Source: Nageia nagi (Eukaryota; Plantae; Pinophyta). From it: 64,000 nt of DNA. The translations under genes were made by a program, and so were the position numbers. Positions 13,439 to 26,966 of the stretch are shown here, piece by piece; the stretch's first letter is position 1; each line of letters begins with the position of its first letter. Location of the stretch: NCBI GenBank assembly GCA_050084985.1, contig JBITNC010000001.1, positions 203,856,001-203,920,000 of the forward strand, read 5' to 3'. The notes beneath the pieces are model-generated. The model worked only from the letters and a program-made list of their open reading frames with translations, ran no database searches and had not been told where the DNA came from.

Positions 13439-14686
13439 TGTTGATGTACAACTTCTTGGTGTCATGATCCATGAGTTGGTAGGTCTTGTACTTGTCGTTG
13501 TATCTAAGAAGAATGGATTTCTTGTCCAATTTCTTTCATTATTTTTTGGGAACATGCATATATGTTGTTGTGCAACCAAAGACACGAAGATAATATATGG
13601 AACTTCTAACTATTTTCCATGCTTTCTTTAGTGTGATGCAATCAAGAGCACTAGTTAGTTTGCAATTTATCAATTAAACCGGTGTGGAGAAATTTTACCG
13701 AAAATGCAAGTTTCATGTGGAAATCCTTCAACATGCTACTCTAGACACAAAAATAATGAACAATGTATTAAATCATGCTCATTTATTTGTCTACAAGAAT
13801 GAAAATAGATTAGTAATATGTAGTATATGATCTAAGAATTGGGAATATGTGAATTTAGAAGGAAAGATTAAGTAAAGACTTACTTGAGGGTGGTGTATCA
13901 AAGGTTTGCTACCAAACAATTTCTAATCTTGGAGGGTAAACTTTAGCTATAGCTAGATGATGAGCTTGATATAAAGACATTTTTGATTTTGGAGTGATAA
14001 TTTTGAAATGATTATCAAGACAGTAATTTTGGAGATGATATTAGAGATGATTATAATTGGGATAATGCTAGAATAGGTATGTAGACATTCCTAATGACTT
14101 GGTTGAATTGTAGGTTTTTCAAAGGTTTGGGGCTAGAGCACCACATTCTTGGCCAATAATGCTAGAGTATTGGGCATTTTGGGACCGAAGGCCATAATAC
14201 TTGGTGTTTTAGAATTGTATGTCAGAATGCGCATTTTGGCATGGTTGCCTGTTTCAAATTGCACTTCTTTCAGGAGGCATATTTTGGCTTTTTTTAATGT
14301 GTCTTCTTACGTGATACGCGTTTTGGCTCTTTTGATGTGTCTACTATTCAACAACAATAATAAAAGATAATTGGCGATAATAGCTTGTTGCCTTCGATAT
14401 AATGTTGTTTCCTACTTTCTCTTGTTTATGACTGATGATGATTCATGATTTTTAATATGAGCACTTGGGATTGCTTTATATAGGTTCGGGAAATTTGCTT
14501 TTGAACTTATGTAGATGGACCCATCTAGAACATTGCACGTATAAGATAATGCTAATGTAGAAAGTTTCACTTAAATTGGCCTAGAAATACCAAAAGTGGG
14601 CCCAAAGTGGCGTTTTGTACAAATCAAATAATTTACTTAAATAAAGTCATTTTTTTATTGTTAAAATGCAATTTTAAGTGTCTACA
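13439..14686 (-). mobile_element. Solo LTR (TGTAGACAC... type) within the copia integrase
   Basis: Ends TGTTGATG...GTGTCTACA; copia IN sequence on both sides; flanks ATTTT / ATTGC do not form a TSD. Confidence 0.6.
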
Positions 14687-15229
14687 ATTGCACAATCTCC
14701 ATGATGGTATGATTATGCCTTTCTATAACTCCATTTTGTTGACGTGTGTAAGTTTTTGTCAATTGGTGCCAAATAACATCCCCCATAAGTTAGGTGGAGA
14801 TTTCAATGTTGGTGAACCCTCCTCCTCAATTTGAATATAGTATATGGATATGATGGTGATATGCTTTCATTGCAAAAGCTTTTAACTCTTTGAAGTAGGT
14901 GAAAGCTTGAGCCACAACAAACAAAAGACCCACATTTACCTTTTGTAACCATCAACAAAAAGATGAAAAAACTGAAAGTTGGGGATGCTTGAGTCCATGG
15001 GTCCATATATATTGGTGTGCACAATATTCAATGGTTCAAATGCTTGACGGTTACTAGAACGAAAGGGTACTCGATGTTGTTTTCTAGCTAAACAACTAAA
15101 ACAAATGGCACTTATCTTCATTATTGTGGGAGGGCCTCTCACCATGTCTTTCTTGCTAAGGGAAAGTGAATAGCCAATGTGTAAGTGATCATATCATTGA
15201 TGCCATAGGATGGAATAATCCTTGGTCTC

Positions 15230-15645
15230 TGCAACTAAGGATTTCTTGTAATAATCGAGGAATGGATATTTGTTCCTAGATTGCCCCATTAAAAGGGGAG
15301 GGAGGTGGAAAGATAAGGCTCTAGTTGAGGGGATTGGTTTTAGACTGCCTACCTCACTAGACGTAATAGCCACCACTTCTATGGCATGGCAAATGCAATC
15401 CAACCATCGGATGAGCAATTTGTTGGAACAACTTCCCAGCTCTTGCTAGATATAGTACATCATGGACTACCAAGACTCCCTCAACCTAATAAAGGGGGGT
15501 AGTTAATGATAGCAGGGCACGTCTAGAAGAGCTAAGCGTTCTATTCCTCCCCCCTCCATCGGCGAGTAGAGTACGACAGTCCCATTCATCATTTTGGATA
15601 TACATAAGTTGGAGCCCATAGCAGACTCTAGAAGCACGTTTAACA
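15230..15645. mobile_element. Small (416 bp) solo-LTR-like insertion in the copia remnant
   Basis: TG...CA termini flanked by TCTC on both sides; copia-like sequence resumes on each side. Confidence 0.5.
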
Positions 15646-18089
15646 TCTCTAAACTTTGGGATTTGTCACAAATAAGGCAAAACTTTTTACCATTATTTTT
15701 ATCAAACTCAACCTTTTAAGTTGTGGTTGAGGAAGTGACTAATAAATTGTTGGTTGTAAAATCCAGGCACATAAAGGACTTCATTAAGCTTGTAAGGATG
15801 CATGCCAAATTGCATGGGGATTTCTTTAATACCTTTTATGTCATAAATAGTATCATCTCCAAGAGAGACTTGGCCATGATGAGAGTTCAATGTAAAGAAT
15901 CAATCCTTTTGTCCCATCATTTTCCTTGTAGCTTTTGAGTTATCATACCACACCAAATCTGGGTGTGAATCATTAAAAGCATTGAAAATGTTGTAAGCTC
16001 ATAACATAGGTCGAAACAAGAGGCCCAAAATGTGGACATTCTACTCTTGAGCCTTGACAATCCCCATGGTTGAACCAGCTGATTTTGGTATGCTTGCACA
16101 TAAATTGTAGCATCATCCGAAGAAGAATCACGTTCATAATTATCTTTTCAGAAACATCACTTCAAGATCATCTCTAGAATTATTATCTTCAGAATTATCC
16201 AGATCTTTCATCTAGCTGCAACTAAGGTTTACTCCAAAATTAAAATTGCCCATCAGCAAGCCTCAAAATATCCACCCTCCAGATAAATTTTTCCTATATC
16301 TTCTTTTGTGAATTTGCATAATTCTAATTGCTAGATCCTATATTGGATATTACTATTATCCTATTTTCATTTTGTAGACAAATAAATGTGCATGTTCCAA
16401 TAATTTGTTAATAATTTTTGTTTTTACTGTGGTAAACCATATATATACATCATAGTGGTTTGGTATGTTCAACCAAATTGGTTGTTCACAAGCTAATATT
16501 GGGATAACTTCCTAAAGAAACAATCAACTAAAAACAATAACAAACTACTAGCTTAACCTTTATTCCTTACACGAAGACAAAAAACAAACATAACAACTCA
16601 AACTATATGATGTAATATTATTTTCTTGACAAACACACTATCAGATTACAATTGTTTGTGAGAAATTATCCATATGCAGTATGTCTCTTTTGGTATTCTT
16701 GATTGGTTTGAAATATGTTTCTCCATATGAATTTCATGTTGCTGAGTATTAACCCTAGTTCTCTCCACCTCTCTACGTTGAGTCATCCTTAGGTTGTCCT
16801 CTCTCATAGGTGGACGACTATCTAGTTGAGGTTCGATGACTACCAAGGACATTTCTGGTGTAAATGCCCTTAGTGTGCCCTTATAAGAGGGATAGTGTAT
16901 TTTCCCTTGTAGTAGGCCAACTTACTTTTTGCTTGAGGAAATTCAATCTTTAGATCACTCCTTGCTTTCTCCTCCTGAAATGCTGCTCATAGATCCTTTG
17001 TTGGGGCATACTCGTCCTTATTGATTCTTTTGGAATGCACCTAGTTGCATCCTTCTATAGTCATTGCATCTCAAACATCAACTATTGCACTTGGCCATCT
17101 AGATCCCTACTCTTCTTCCTCTCACCCTTCATTTTTATGTATAAATCATCGCTTTGTTGCCTCTCACTCTCTACCCCCATCTTAGCCCTAATTCTCCTCT
17201 CATGTAGGTCAAGCATAGGAGCAAATACATATATGTGTGGCACACACTCTACTCAAATACACGGCCTACATCTCCTAACCTCCCATGAGAATGGTCGTGT
17301 TGACCTCCAAAATAAGAGACATTTGGGCATCAATGCTAGCTCCAAAACACATCTTTGCATCAATCATTATGCACACATAGTACAATCTAATTTTTTTTCT
17401 GCATTCTAGTTCATTTTTTATTTTTGTTTCAATTTTGGTGCTAACCTTGGATGTACTGAGTATACTTGTTTAGATCCCCACCTCCCCATGGCTGATTCAT
17501 TTGAAGCATAAACAAAGGAACCACATCTAATACCATATTTTTACTCTTACTTCTTTATTGGGTCCTGCATCTATATCAGACATATCTCTTGCATAGTCAA
17601 CCTCCTGTATAGAGTCATCTTCAATAGTATGCTGCTAGAAGTGGCCTAGTTGTTAAGCACCATTCAGTTTAAGCATTTGTACATCCAGGAGCCTTAGTAT
17701 CCTCATATTTGTGATTAAAAGGAGCCCGGTTGCCCTAAAACAACAATATGCTCCATGACCAAATGTGCATTAGGGGAATGAATGATATTCTTTCCCTTCA
17801 TCGTGAAGAGGAATAGATCATGGTAGAGCTACCCTAATATGGTTACTCCTCATATGTAGCACTCCAACTCTCAAATCATGTCCTTCACTGTGTTTATCAT
17901 TCCAAGAGGAAATGTCTCATTGCTTATTTTTGGATAGACAAGATATGAAAATATTGCATGGATGGTGGGTCTTCCAAGGTGAACTAATTACATGTCTCAA
18001 GTCTATATAAAGTAAGAGTGAAGGCTGATTTTAGGATCTTAGAACTCTGACTCTCACGGATTTCGATAATCTTGGAGTTTTTGGTACAA

Positions 18090-19248
18090 TGTTATGCATG
18101 CTCTGATGCTCTAACATCTTCAAGCACCCTAATGCTAACACCTTCAACAATCAATTGCATTCTTCATCAATATTTCCTTCAACCAGGTTTGCAGATATGA
18201 AATTCAAATTTTGCAAGGTAGATTCTAGATTGGTGCACAATTCAACAAGCTGCATCAATTGAAGTTCACTACAATCATTCTAGGGTACAAGCTAGAAATG
18301 CACAAAATACTCAATCCAATTCCACATTCATTCACAAATTAGGACACAACTGAAAATGCTCAACAATCATCCAATAATGCTTCCAAGACTGAAATATTAT
18401 AACAATAAGCAAATCTGATCTATAACAGTAATGATGCTCATTTACCATGCAAAAGCATCCAAACTAGGGCAAAATTGCAGACCTGTAACATAACAGTAAT
18501 ATGCCACCAAAGCATTCTAATTCGCATACATTCCCATGTACAATTAATGATAACAGTACAGCAGTAGTAGAAGAGCATTCATTCACATTCTATGAGCAAT
18601 ATGAGAGCCAAATATCATGAATAATAACTAAGTATAGGGCTGTAACAAGCCTGTAACAAGTTCTAGGGCATAGCCCAAGACTCCAAAATGCACAAGGAAT
18701 CCCAAAGGCTGGCATGAGTCTCACGATGGCTCTCAAGGTCTAGCACTAGGGCTAGGATGGTCTCCAAGGTTGGCGCAAGCTTTCCAAGTGTAGTTAAATG
18801 GGAATATGCCACTTTTAGGCTAGGGAGCAGCCCTAGTCCTTGGAAGAGAGGGGAGTAGCCCCAACTCCAAGAGATCAAAGATCAAATGCCAAATTATGAT
18901 ATCTTCTTGTAATGGACATGTTTTGCCTTTATAGATGTCCAAACTTGCTCATAATGTCTCGCAAGTCTGACCGATCAAGGAGGAGGGAGTAATAAATTAT
19001 TTAATGGCCCTTAAGTCTCCCCAAGATGGACGACTGGACATAGGATGCATAATTCATTAAGTGGCCCTTTTATTTAGGCCAATACAAGTCCATATATTGC
19101 TCTTACTTGAGTGTTGCCCTTTGAGGCACCAATATGAGTATAAAAATGCATTAAATGATAAATAAAAGACTCCTAACCTAAGTACTAAAAGTCAAAGTGA
19201 ATAAGAATAAAGGGTGACTTCTAAATGTCCCAAATTTGGGACATTACA
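18090..19248 (-). mobile_element. Probable gypsy LTR fragment (TGTAATGTCCC start on the minus strand)
   Basis: ...tttgggacattaca at 19248 resembles the family B LTR terminus; left boundary and TSD not resolved. Confidence 0.45.
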
Positions 19249-20496
19249 ACTTCGCACCTAGAATGCTTGGTGTTTTGGGACCTCTAACTTGCCTACAGAA
19301 GTCATTCGATGCTCAAAACTCTAGGATTCATCCTTCAAGATTACTAGCTTATCACCAATTTACCTCCAATACACAACATCCAAATAAGTTGCCTTTGTAT
19401 CTCCTCTCCAAGTTATTGCAATAGCCTAGCTTTTGCATATTGCTATTAACCTATTTTCATTTAAGAGACAAAATTGATTGTACATATTTCTGTTTTTTTG
19501 TCTATATGTTGTTTACCTTTCTTTTTTTTTGTATACAAAATTGAGTGTACCTTTCTTTTTTTTTTGTCTACATGCTCATCATGATCAATCAATTAGCCAA
19601 CTGTGATGCACTATTGGAAATTCAAACTCTGTGTTTGATTTCCTTGAAGCATGTTTCTTCAATATCATCACCCATAAGTTAATATTCTTCATTTGGTTTT
19701 GATCTATTCTTTGTTCACCATAGAAATTAGTCAATTACTGTTATGGATAGTGATAGCTTTATTACGACTTGTAGTGACTGTTAGAACCCATGTACTGGCA
19801 ATAATTTCAACCTAGGAGCTCATGATTACCAATGCAGATGCTCGTTCTTTGATATATCAACCCTCTTGTTTTTTTTTCTTTTAAGTGTGGATCAGTGTCA
19901 AACACTCTCATCAAGTCATACACTAGCTTGAGAAGACCTACTCTAGCTTAGATACTATGTTAAAACCCATGATCCAACTATGACTTTAACTAAGAACCTC
20001 CTGATTATTCAAACAGGCACTGAGCTGCTGGTCCACTTGCAAGTTTACCAGGTGTATGAATTGACCTTTAATAATAATGAACCATTTTGAGCTTCATAGG
20101 GATGACGTAGAGACAAAAGAATGATACAGAAATTGAGCTGCTTATGTCTACATCAAAATGCTTGAAGTAGAAATTTACATTTATTGCTACTCATGTATAT
20201 GGCTCTCTATCAAAGATCAGAACAATTGTATTCAGAGATGAATATTAGAGAGTACCAAATGACTGGGATGTCTAACTATTCATGTTTATAATTCACATGG
20301 TATCCAACAAACTCAGCTCTGAGAATAGGTCAACAACATTAAATGTATCAACAGAATTACTATATATATGAAAGAACATGGTAGATATGTTGATTGTGTG
20401 AAAACACTTAACCTCTAACCTTTCGACAACGATCAGTACAGAATTGAGTGAGAAATATGAGAGAAGTATATTATATCTTGTAGAACAAGTTCTTGC

Positions 20497-20808
20497 CATA
20501 TGCATGCTTTTCTTTGTAATAATACATTTAAAAGTCATAAAAATTAAAATCATTTGAAATTACTCTTTTAGAGGTTTCCCCCAAGCAACATCTGATGTTC
20601 ATATGGAGGAGCCTTACCATAAGCAGCATCAATCATAAGCTTGAGTCACATATGAATGCTTTTCTTAATAATAAAACATTTAAAAGTCATAACAATCATA
20701 CGAAAATACTATTTCCTTAGAGGTTTCTCCAAAGCAACAATTGATGTTCATATGGAGGAGCCTTAACATAAGCAGCAGAAGAAGCCTCAATCTTAAGCTT
20801 GAGTCACA
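20497..20808. repeat. Diverged ~155-bp tandem duplication in the intron
   Basis: catatg.atgcttttct...tagaggtttc...gatgttcatatggaggagcctta.cataagcagca...taagcttgagtcaca occurs twice. Confidence 0.85.
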
Positions 20809-22168
20809 ATCTGGCTATAATTCAAGCCACTTGAGGATATTGCAGTTGATGATAATTTTACTATGATATATCATGTTTCAGTTCGTTATCAAGAAAGACG
20901 CATATATTTTGGTACAGAATTGCAGATGGTATACATGTAGATTTTCACTCCTTTATTATTGTTTGGCCCCAGATATTTAACACATAACCACTAAGATCTG
21001 CCTTGTATTATAATTTAAGGCAGCATTATCGAGTTAGTAGTAGCAAGGTAATATAAATGTGGGGTCCGCAGAATCTTTGGTTAGTCAGATAAAGAAACAT
21101 GTGATTAGTATATTAGGAACATTCTACTATCTGGAATAATTAGTGCACAAGCCCACTTTTTCCTCCTAAAGTTTTGTCGATAGATATTGGGATTTAATCT
21201 TCTTAGTACTTAATTTGTACATTCCAAAGTACCTAGCCAGTTATTTATGATGGACTGGCTTACTGGAGATACTATTTCATGTATAACACTAATACAATTC
21301 CTCTCTTCATTTAGCATTTTCTTTATGAATTAAAAGTCTTTACTATTACATTTCTTGTATAATAGATGGATTATGCAGTTTGGTGTAGACTGTAGATATT
21401 TAATTTTATTTGTAGCGAAGGGTTTGGGGCTTTGGGCATAGGAATAAATAAGTGGAGATTGATCTGTGGGTAGAATTCATAAATCCATCTCTATTGAATT
21501 GTTCGCACTTTGCTTGCATCTCTACGCATACAACTATTTTCATCGTGTAGCCAAATATCATCTGCTGCAAGGGTTAAATGTCCAGCAGCATGGTTCTTTT
21601 ATTCAATGTATCAGATTTCGTGCATTGTGTGTATGGTGACATTTCAAAGTTCATGACATTGTAAATTGCCATCTGCAATGCAGTTTCCAGATAACAACCT
21701 CAATATTTATAAGTTAATTTGAGTCCAAAATGCAATGAACCACATTTTCAACTTATCATTTATTCTGAATTATTTTTCTCTAACAGTGTTTTGACCCATT
21801 ATCTTGAACTTTGTGCATCTCTAAGAAATTGGGACATACACATGTCATGACATGTGCACTCTAATTTACAAGACATTGTGCCCACAGTATTCTTCAAGCT
21901 TGTTCTGCTAGTCTTGTTAATAGTTTAACCAATGGTGACCATTGTTTGAAAAAAAAACTCGCATTGGGAATCTTATATTGGTGTTTCTAGTAATTAAGTT
22001 TGGAATTTTGGACAACTCTTATTCGGAAGTTTTGTGACACTTGAAAGAATTTTGAAATTAAATGTTTGAAACCTGGCATTTCTTTGCTATAAATATCTGA
22101 CTTTTGCTCTTTATTTTGCAATTTAATACTCAAGTGATTTTGTTGATACGAGTTGTCTATTTTGTCAG

Positions 22169-22246
22169 GGAAAAGAGGTTAGAAAGATATTCAATTGCTA
22201 CTTAAACACATGCCCTAATCAGGGAAGTCGAACAATTCGAACTGAG
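22169..22246 (+). CDS. SPOUT1: Penultimate coding exon of SPOUT1 homolog: GKEVRKIFNCYLNTCPNQGSRTIRTE
   Basis: tttgtCAG acceptor, GTAT donor; signature YLNTCPxQGSRTIRTEEA of the C9orf114 family. Confidence 0.92.
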
Positions 22247-22381
22247 GTATTTTGGTCTCTCTTACTGGAAAATGATTGTTGCTTCTGTGTCCTTTCTTGA
22301 GTGCGGGATCCTTGCATCAAATTTCATAAAGTATTCTTGTGTAAACTTTCATTTCCTAACATTCTAGATAAAAATCAACAG

Positions 22382-22444
22382 GAGGCTATGTTGATATCTC
22401 TACAATATTTTCAAGATCCTGTTCAAAGGGCTATAAACTCTTAA
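22382..22444 (+). CDS. SPOUT1: Last coding exon of SPOUT1 homolog: EAMLISLQYFQDPVQRAINS*
   Basis: CAG acceptor 22379-22381 after a 135-nt intron; completes RTE|EA.LISL; TAA at 22442-22444. Confidence 0.9.
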   Translation, partial: EAMLISLQYFQDPVQRAINS

Positions 22445-24165
22445 GAGAGATGGACAGGTAAACTGATTGTGTTTGCTTTTGATTTTCAATCTGTACATTT
22501 AACAGTGCATTTGAACATCAAAGCTTAAGCTTTTTATGCAATTTTTAGGAATCAAGAATAAATAAAGACAGTTTTCAACCCTCTTGGAAGGTGTTCTTTA
22601 GCTTTTATTTTGAGGGTTCTTACTTCATAAAAATATAAATTTTCAATTTTTACAAACTCGTTTTTGAGATACCATGCCATTATAGAGTTATTTGATCAAC
22701 GTAAAAACTATTTATATTATTTGAAATATGGTTCATAACATCTCTATCTGTTCTTATTCACATAGCATAATGGGGCTTTAGTATGCTAAGCAGTTCTTTA
22801 GAGCCAATAGTTGAAGAAAGTTTGGCTGAAGCTATGTAGAACTGTATTTAGTTTAATAGTTGTATTGGTTCTGTTATTGTCCATTCAGAAAAATTTATTC
22901 ACCTGACTTGTTGGAAAATTATTTATATTTTACACAATGACATGACCAAAACTGATTGGATTGATGTTTTATTCAACTTCAGTCATATTTTAAGAATACA
23001 TTTTTGAAAAATCTTTTTAGTTACTGTGCTGACCACGTAATCCAAGGCTTGTACCAAGTGAACATCTTGCACATTGAGGGATTTGTCAGGCTACTCACAA
23101 TCATGTTTTGGCTGAGGCAACCACCTTGTTTGGTTGCAACTATACGTATTAATGAGATTGGAACTGATTTGCCAGCAAAACATGTTATGGTTTTCTTTTA
23201 TCTTGTTCTAATTTTCTTCATTGCAAAACCACATAGCTGAAATCCCATTGATATATTCAGGGAGAATAAATGGACTATATTCTGACTTCTTCTTTCATGG
23301 GATAATATTTCATTATGTCATAATTTTCTAAAAAGACACTGGGATAGGTTCACTTCATGAAGGATGTCACTTGGGGTTCTTTCGTAGGAGAAATATCAAT
23401 CTAAATGTTACAATAGTAGCCAGTTCAAGATGAATATTCATAAATTATGTGGGTAATTCCTTTATGATGCAAACATTTTTATTATATACATAAAACAAGT
23501 TCACTCAAACAACTTTGCTAGTGAATGGAAACAACTTGTAACACAATATGGAATTCATATGCAAAATGTTCATAAATTTAGGCTCAGCTACATGTTTGCA
23601 TTTGATAGAGCAGATACGTTAACCATATGGGAACAATCATGCACCTCAAAAATTATATTCTTTTTCTTTAACAATGCAAATGGTGCTCAAGGCTTGCAAC
23701 ATTAATTATGTATGAACTTTATAAATATGATATCTTTCCCATTCCAAGTTTTTTTTTGTTCACATGACCATAGTTTTTGTGTAGTATTGAATTACTCTTT
23801 ATTAATGATATGTTCTATGATATTAACAATGATACCATAAGTGAGTAGCCTCTTGGTGGATTTAACTTGACATTATAACATCTAAAATCTATATAATTCT
23901 CCTTGTTTACTTATGTTTCTACTCAATTTTTGGAACTATGGGTATGTTGGGTTGGTTTGGAGTAATCTACATTAAATTGCATCACATCAAATTTCACAAC
24001 CTTAACATAAATAAATGTTAGAAACCTACATAAACAAATTGTAGTCACTAAATAATGAATTACAATGAAGCAATTTATTATTGAACTACTTAATACCAAT
24101 TGCGGTATTTGAGGACAGTGGAGGAGGATTACGAATAACCTTTCGAATTGGATCAAATGTCTTTG

Positions 24166-26966
24166 TGTTGGATTTCTTGTCTTTCGCCTTCAAGTGAGTT
24201 GCGATTGAGATTTGGAGCTATGAAGATAGAAGAGGTACGTGTACATTGTAGTTACAATCCTATTCCTTGTGCAACGTTTATCTTGAGATAATTGCAAACA
24301 AACTCAATGTATATTGCATTAAGACAGAGAAAATAATAAATCTTTAGATAGATGTTGTCAAGAGATACCATTGTTATTTGGAATGTGGAGCAACCTTGAG
24401 TTGATCTATTGAGATGCTTGAGAATTGTATCTGATTTCATTTGATCTGATAGGAGATGTTTTGCTTATATTCTTCTTTTGTAGTTGCACGTCTTTGATAC
24501 TTGTGCTTTTTGAGATCTTCATGAATTACATAGCTTATGGTACTTTTTTTTATATTGACATTAATTACATTGTTTATGATGCCTTTCTTGATTTTTGCAA
24601 CATTTTTACAAAATATCTCTTGTTACCTAAAATATGATTTTATATTAAATAGAAATCATATTTAGGTGTCTACATTTTGCTCCTCTTTGGATATTTAATG
24701 AAAATAAATGAAATTGCAAGTCAAAGAAATATATATATATTTGAAAAAGTGAAACTTTGTGGCCTAAACCTTGAGATGAAGCTCCTTCATTGGCCCTTTT
24801 TTTTTTGGCTTGGTTGCCCCTAGGAATCCATTATTGGGGGAATCGAGACAAAAAATGTTGAGAATTTGGCATATTAGCAATTGCGCTTTTGAAGATGGTG
24901 GACTTCTTTGGATGCCTCTAGAGAGTTCGCTAATAGTTGGTACCTTTAGATACTTTTCAATTGTCAACAAGGTTGTTGGCATTGTTTGGATTTGAGAGGG
25001 ATGAACGACGTTTGTGCTATTGCCGCATGCTTGGTACGACATGGACAATGTTAGTTCATTTATTTTTTTTTTCAAGTAATACTTGCCAAGAATATGGTTT
25101 TGAGGCATTGCTTGCTCGTTTGTGTCAACAAGCTTGTATCCACAAACAAGCTTTTTTATGAAGGGTGTTGATGCTCTGTTTATAGAGCAAGAAGGGTGCA
25201 AACATCGTTGAATTGCAAAAACAAAACTGAAATAAAAATATAAAGAACTGTACAAGTACCTCATTATGATGCATCATTGTCAAAATGGGTATAAGTGCTA
25301 TGCCTTATGTATAGAAACGTTTGAGATGTTTGGCATTGAAGGTCTTTTGTTCTTGTTTGCCATCCATGGTGGAAAGCTTGTAGGCACATGTTCTTGTTTT
25401 GTCTACAACAACATATGGACCCAGCCAATTTGGCTCAAACTTTCCCTAAACTTCATCATTGGTTGTTGTTTTATTGATGTTCTATTTAAGTACCAAATCA
25501 CCTACTTGAAAGTTCTTGGGTTTTACCTTTTTTTTTTTTCTCATATGCCTTTTTGAGTTTAGCATTATACACCTTTTGATGTTGTAATCTAGCTTGCTTG
25601 ATTCATCTAGAACTTCTTGTAGAAATCCTTAGTGAAGCAATCTCCCATTGATCTGTTAAATAAGGTGGATGCCCTTCTGAATGACACATGCATTGTTGAG
25701 GTGGACAATATTGAGCATATTCATCTAAAAATTCTTCATGAACAACAACACCATCATTTTGGAGGAACTCTACCGTTAAATCTGCAATTGCCTTTCCTTT
25801 TACAACCTTCTGTTTGACAAACAATAAATCTAATTCTTGCAATAACATCAGCCATTTTGCAACCTTGCCTAAGAGGTGTTGTTTTACCATAAGATACTTG
25901 AGAGTATTGATAAGACTTACCACATATGTAGAACAATACAACAAATAGTGTTTCAATTGTTCTGTAATGAAAACAATCCCAAAACAAAGCTTTTCAATGG
26001 GAGTGTATTTGCTTTCATACTCCAATAGTATCTCGTTGAGGTAATATATTACTCTTTCCTTGTTTTCATCATCTTCTTGGCACAACATTGCTCTTAAGGC
26101 ATACATTGTGGTTGGAAGATATAAATATGTAGGATTTGCAAAGTTTATGCGGATTAAAATGGGAGGATTGAGCAAATATGCTTTCATATCGCTTTTTGGC
26201 ATTTCTCATCTCACACAAAAATGATATCTTTCTTGAGTAAATGAGTAGAAGGTACACACTTTTCTCCTAATTGAGAAATGAATCTTCTAACACAATTTAC
26301 CTTAATTACTTGAGGTTCTTCAGAGGTTCCATGTTAATGATGGCCTTTACCTTGTTTGGAGCCACCTCAATACCTCTTTTGGACATCATGAAGCCCAATA
26401 ATTTATTTGATGTAACTCCAAAAGAACACCTTTGTGGTTTCAACTTGAGATTATACTTTTCTAAGATATCAAACACCTCCATTTGTTGCAAGTGATCTCT
26501 TTCTTTCCTAGACTTGGCCAAGATATCATCAATATATACTTCAATTGATTTGTGAATGCAATGATAAAACATAGTGACCATGGCATGTTGGTATGTAACT
26601 CGTGTTTTTGAGGCCAAAGGGCATCACCTTCCAACAAAAATTAACCCATGGGGTAGTGAAGGTTGTTTTGTGTTTTGTTATGTTCTGCTATATTATCCTC
26701 AATCATGTCAATGTTAGGCAATGGAAAATTATCTTTTGGGCATGCATTGTTGATATCCTTGAAATCAATACATATTCATACCTTTCCATTGAGTTTTGTT
26801 ACAATAACAATATTAGACATTCAATCTGAATAATTAATGGGCCTTATGAAACCAACATTTAAGTATTTTTCTAATTCTTTCTTCACCAAAAAAGCGTTGG
26901 TTGCATTTTTCTGATTTTTTGTTTGACAAGTTTTGAATCTTTTTTTAGTGGTAAACTATGCATGAT
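24166..26966 (-). mobile_element. Tat-like Ty3/gypsy remnant: RT-RH (26960-25700), IN C-terminus (25650-25280), PPT and 3' LTR (edge at 24673)
   Basis: 'IEVYIDDILAKS','LKLKPQRCSFGV..KLLGFMMSKRGIE','IYYL..LLEYE.KY..IEK.C','KW.MLLQE.DL'; minus strand reads CCAAAGAGGAGCAAAA then TGTAGACACCTAAA; far LTR end uncertain. Confidence 0.82.

Larger units (their letters stand above)
5997..16630 (-). mobile_element. Old Ty1/copia remnant broken by later insertions (RH ~6130-6645; RT ~12240-13200; IN ~13400 and 14690-15200; protease ~15700-15950); putative LTR remnants at 5997 and 16428
   Basis: Minus-strand motifs TKHIE..HF, 'VYKTKY..N.NKYK.R..KG', 'QQNGVIERHNHTIME', 'VHTNIYGPM', 'VSLGDD..DIKG...LNEVLYVPG'; a ~130-bp direct repeat TGTGGTAAACCATA... 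at 5997 and 16428. No TSD confirmed and outer ends uncertain. Confidence 0.75.

Noticed and set aside
16650-18080. Possible LINE fragment
   Set aside because: No endonuclease or RT motif could be read with confidence.
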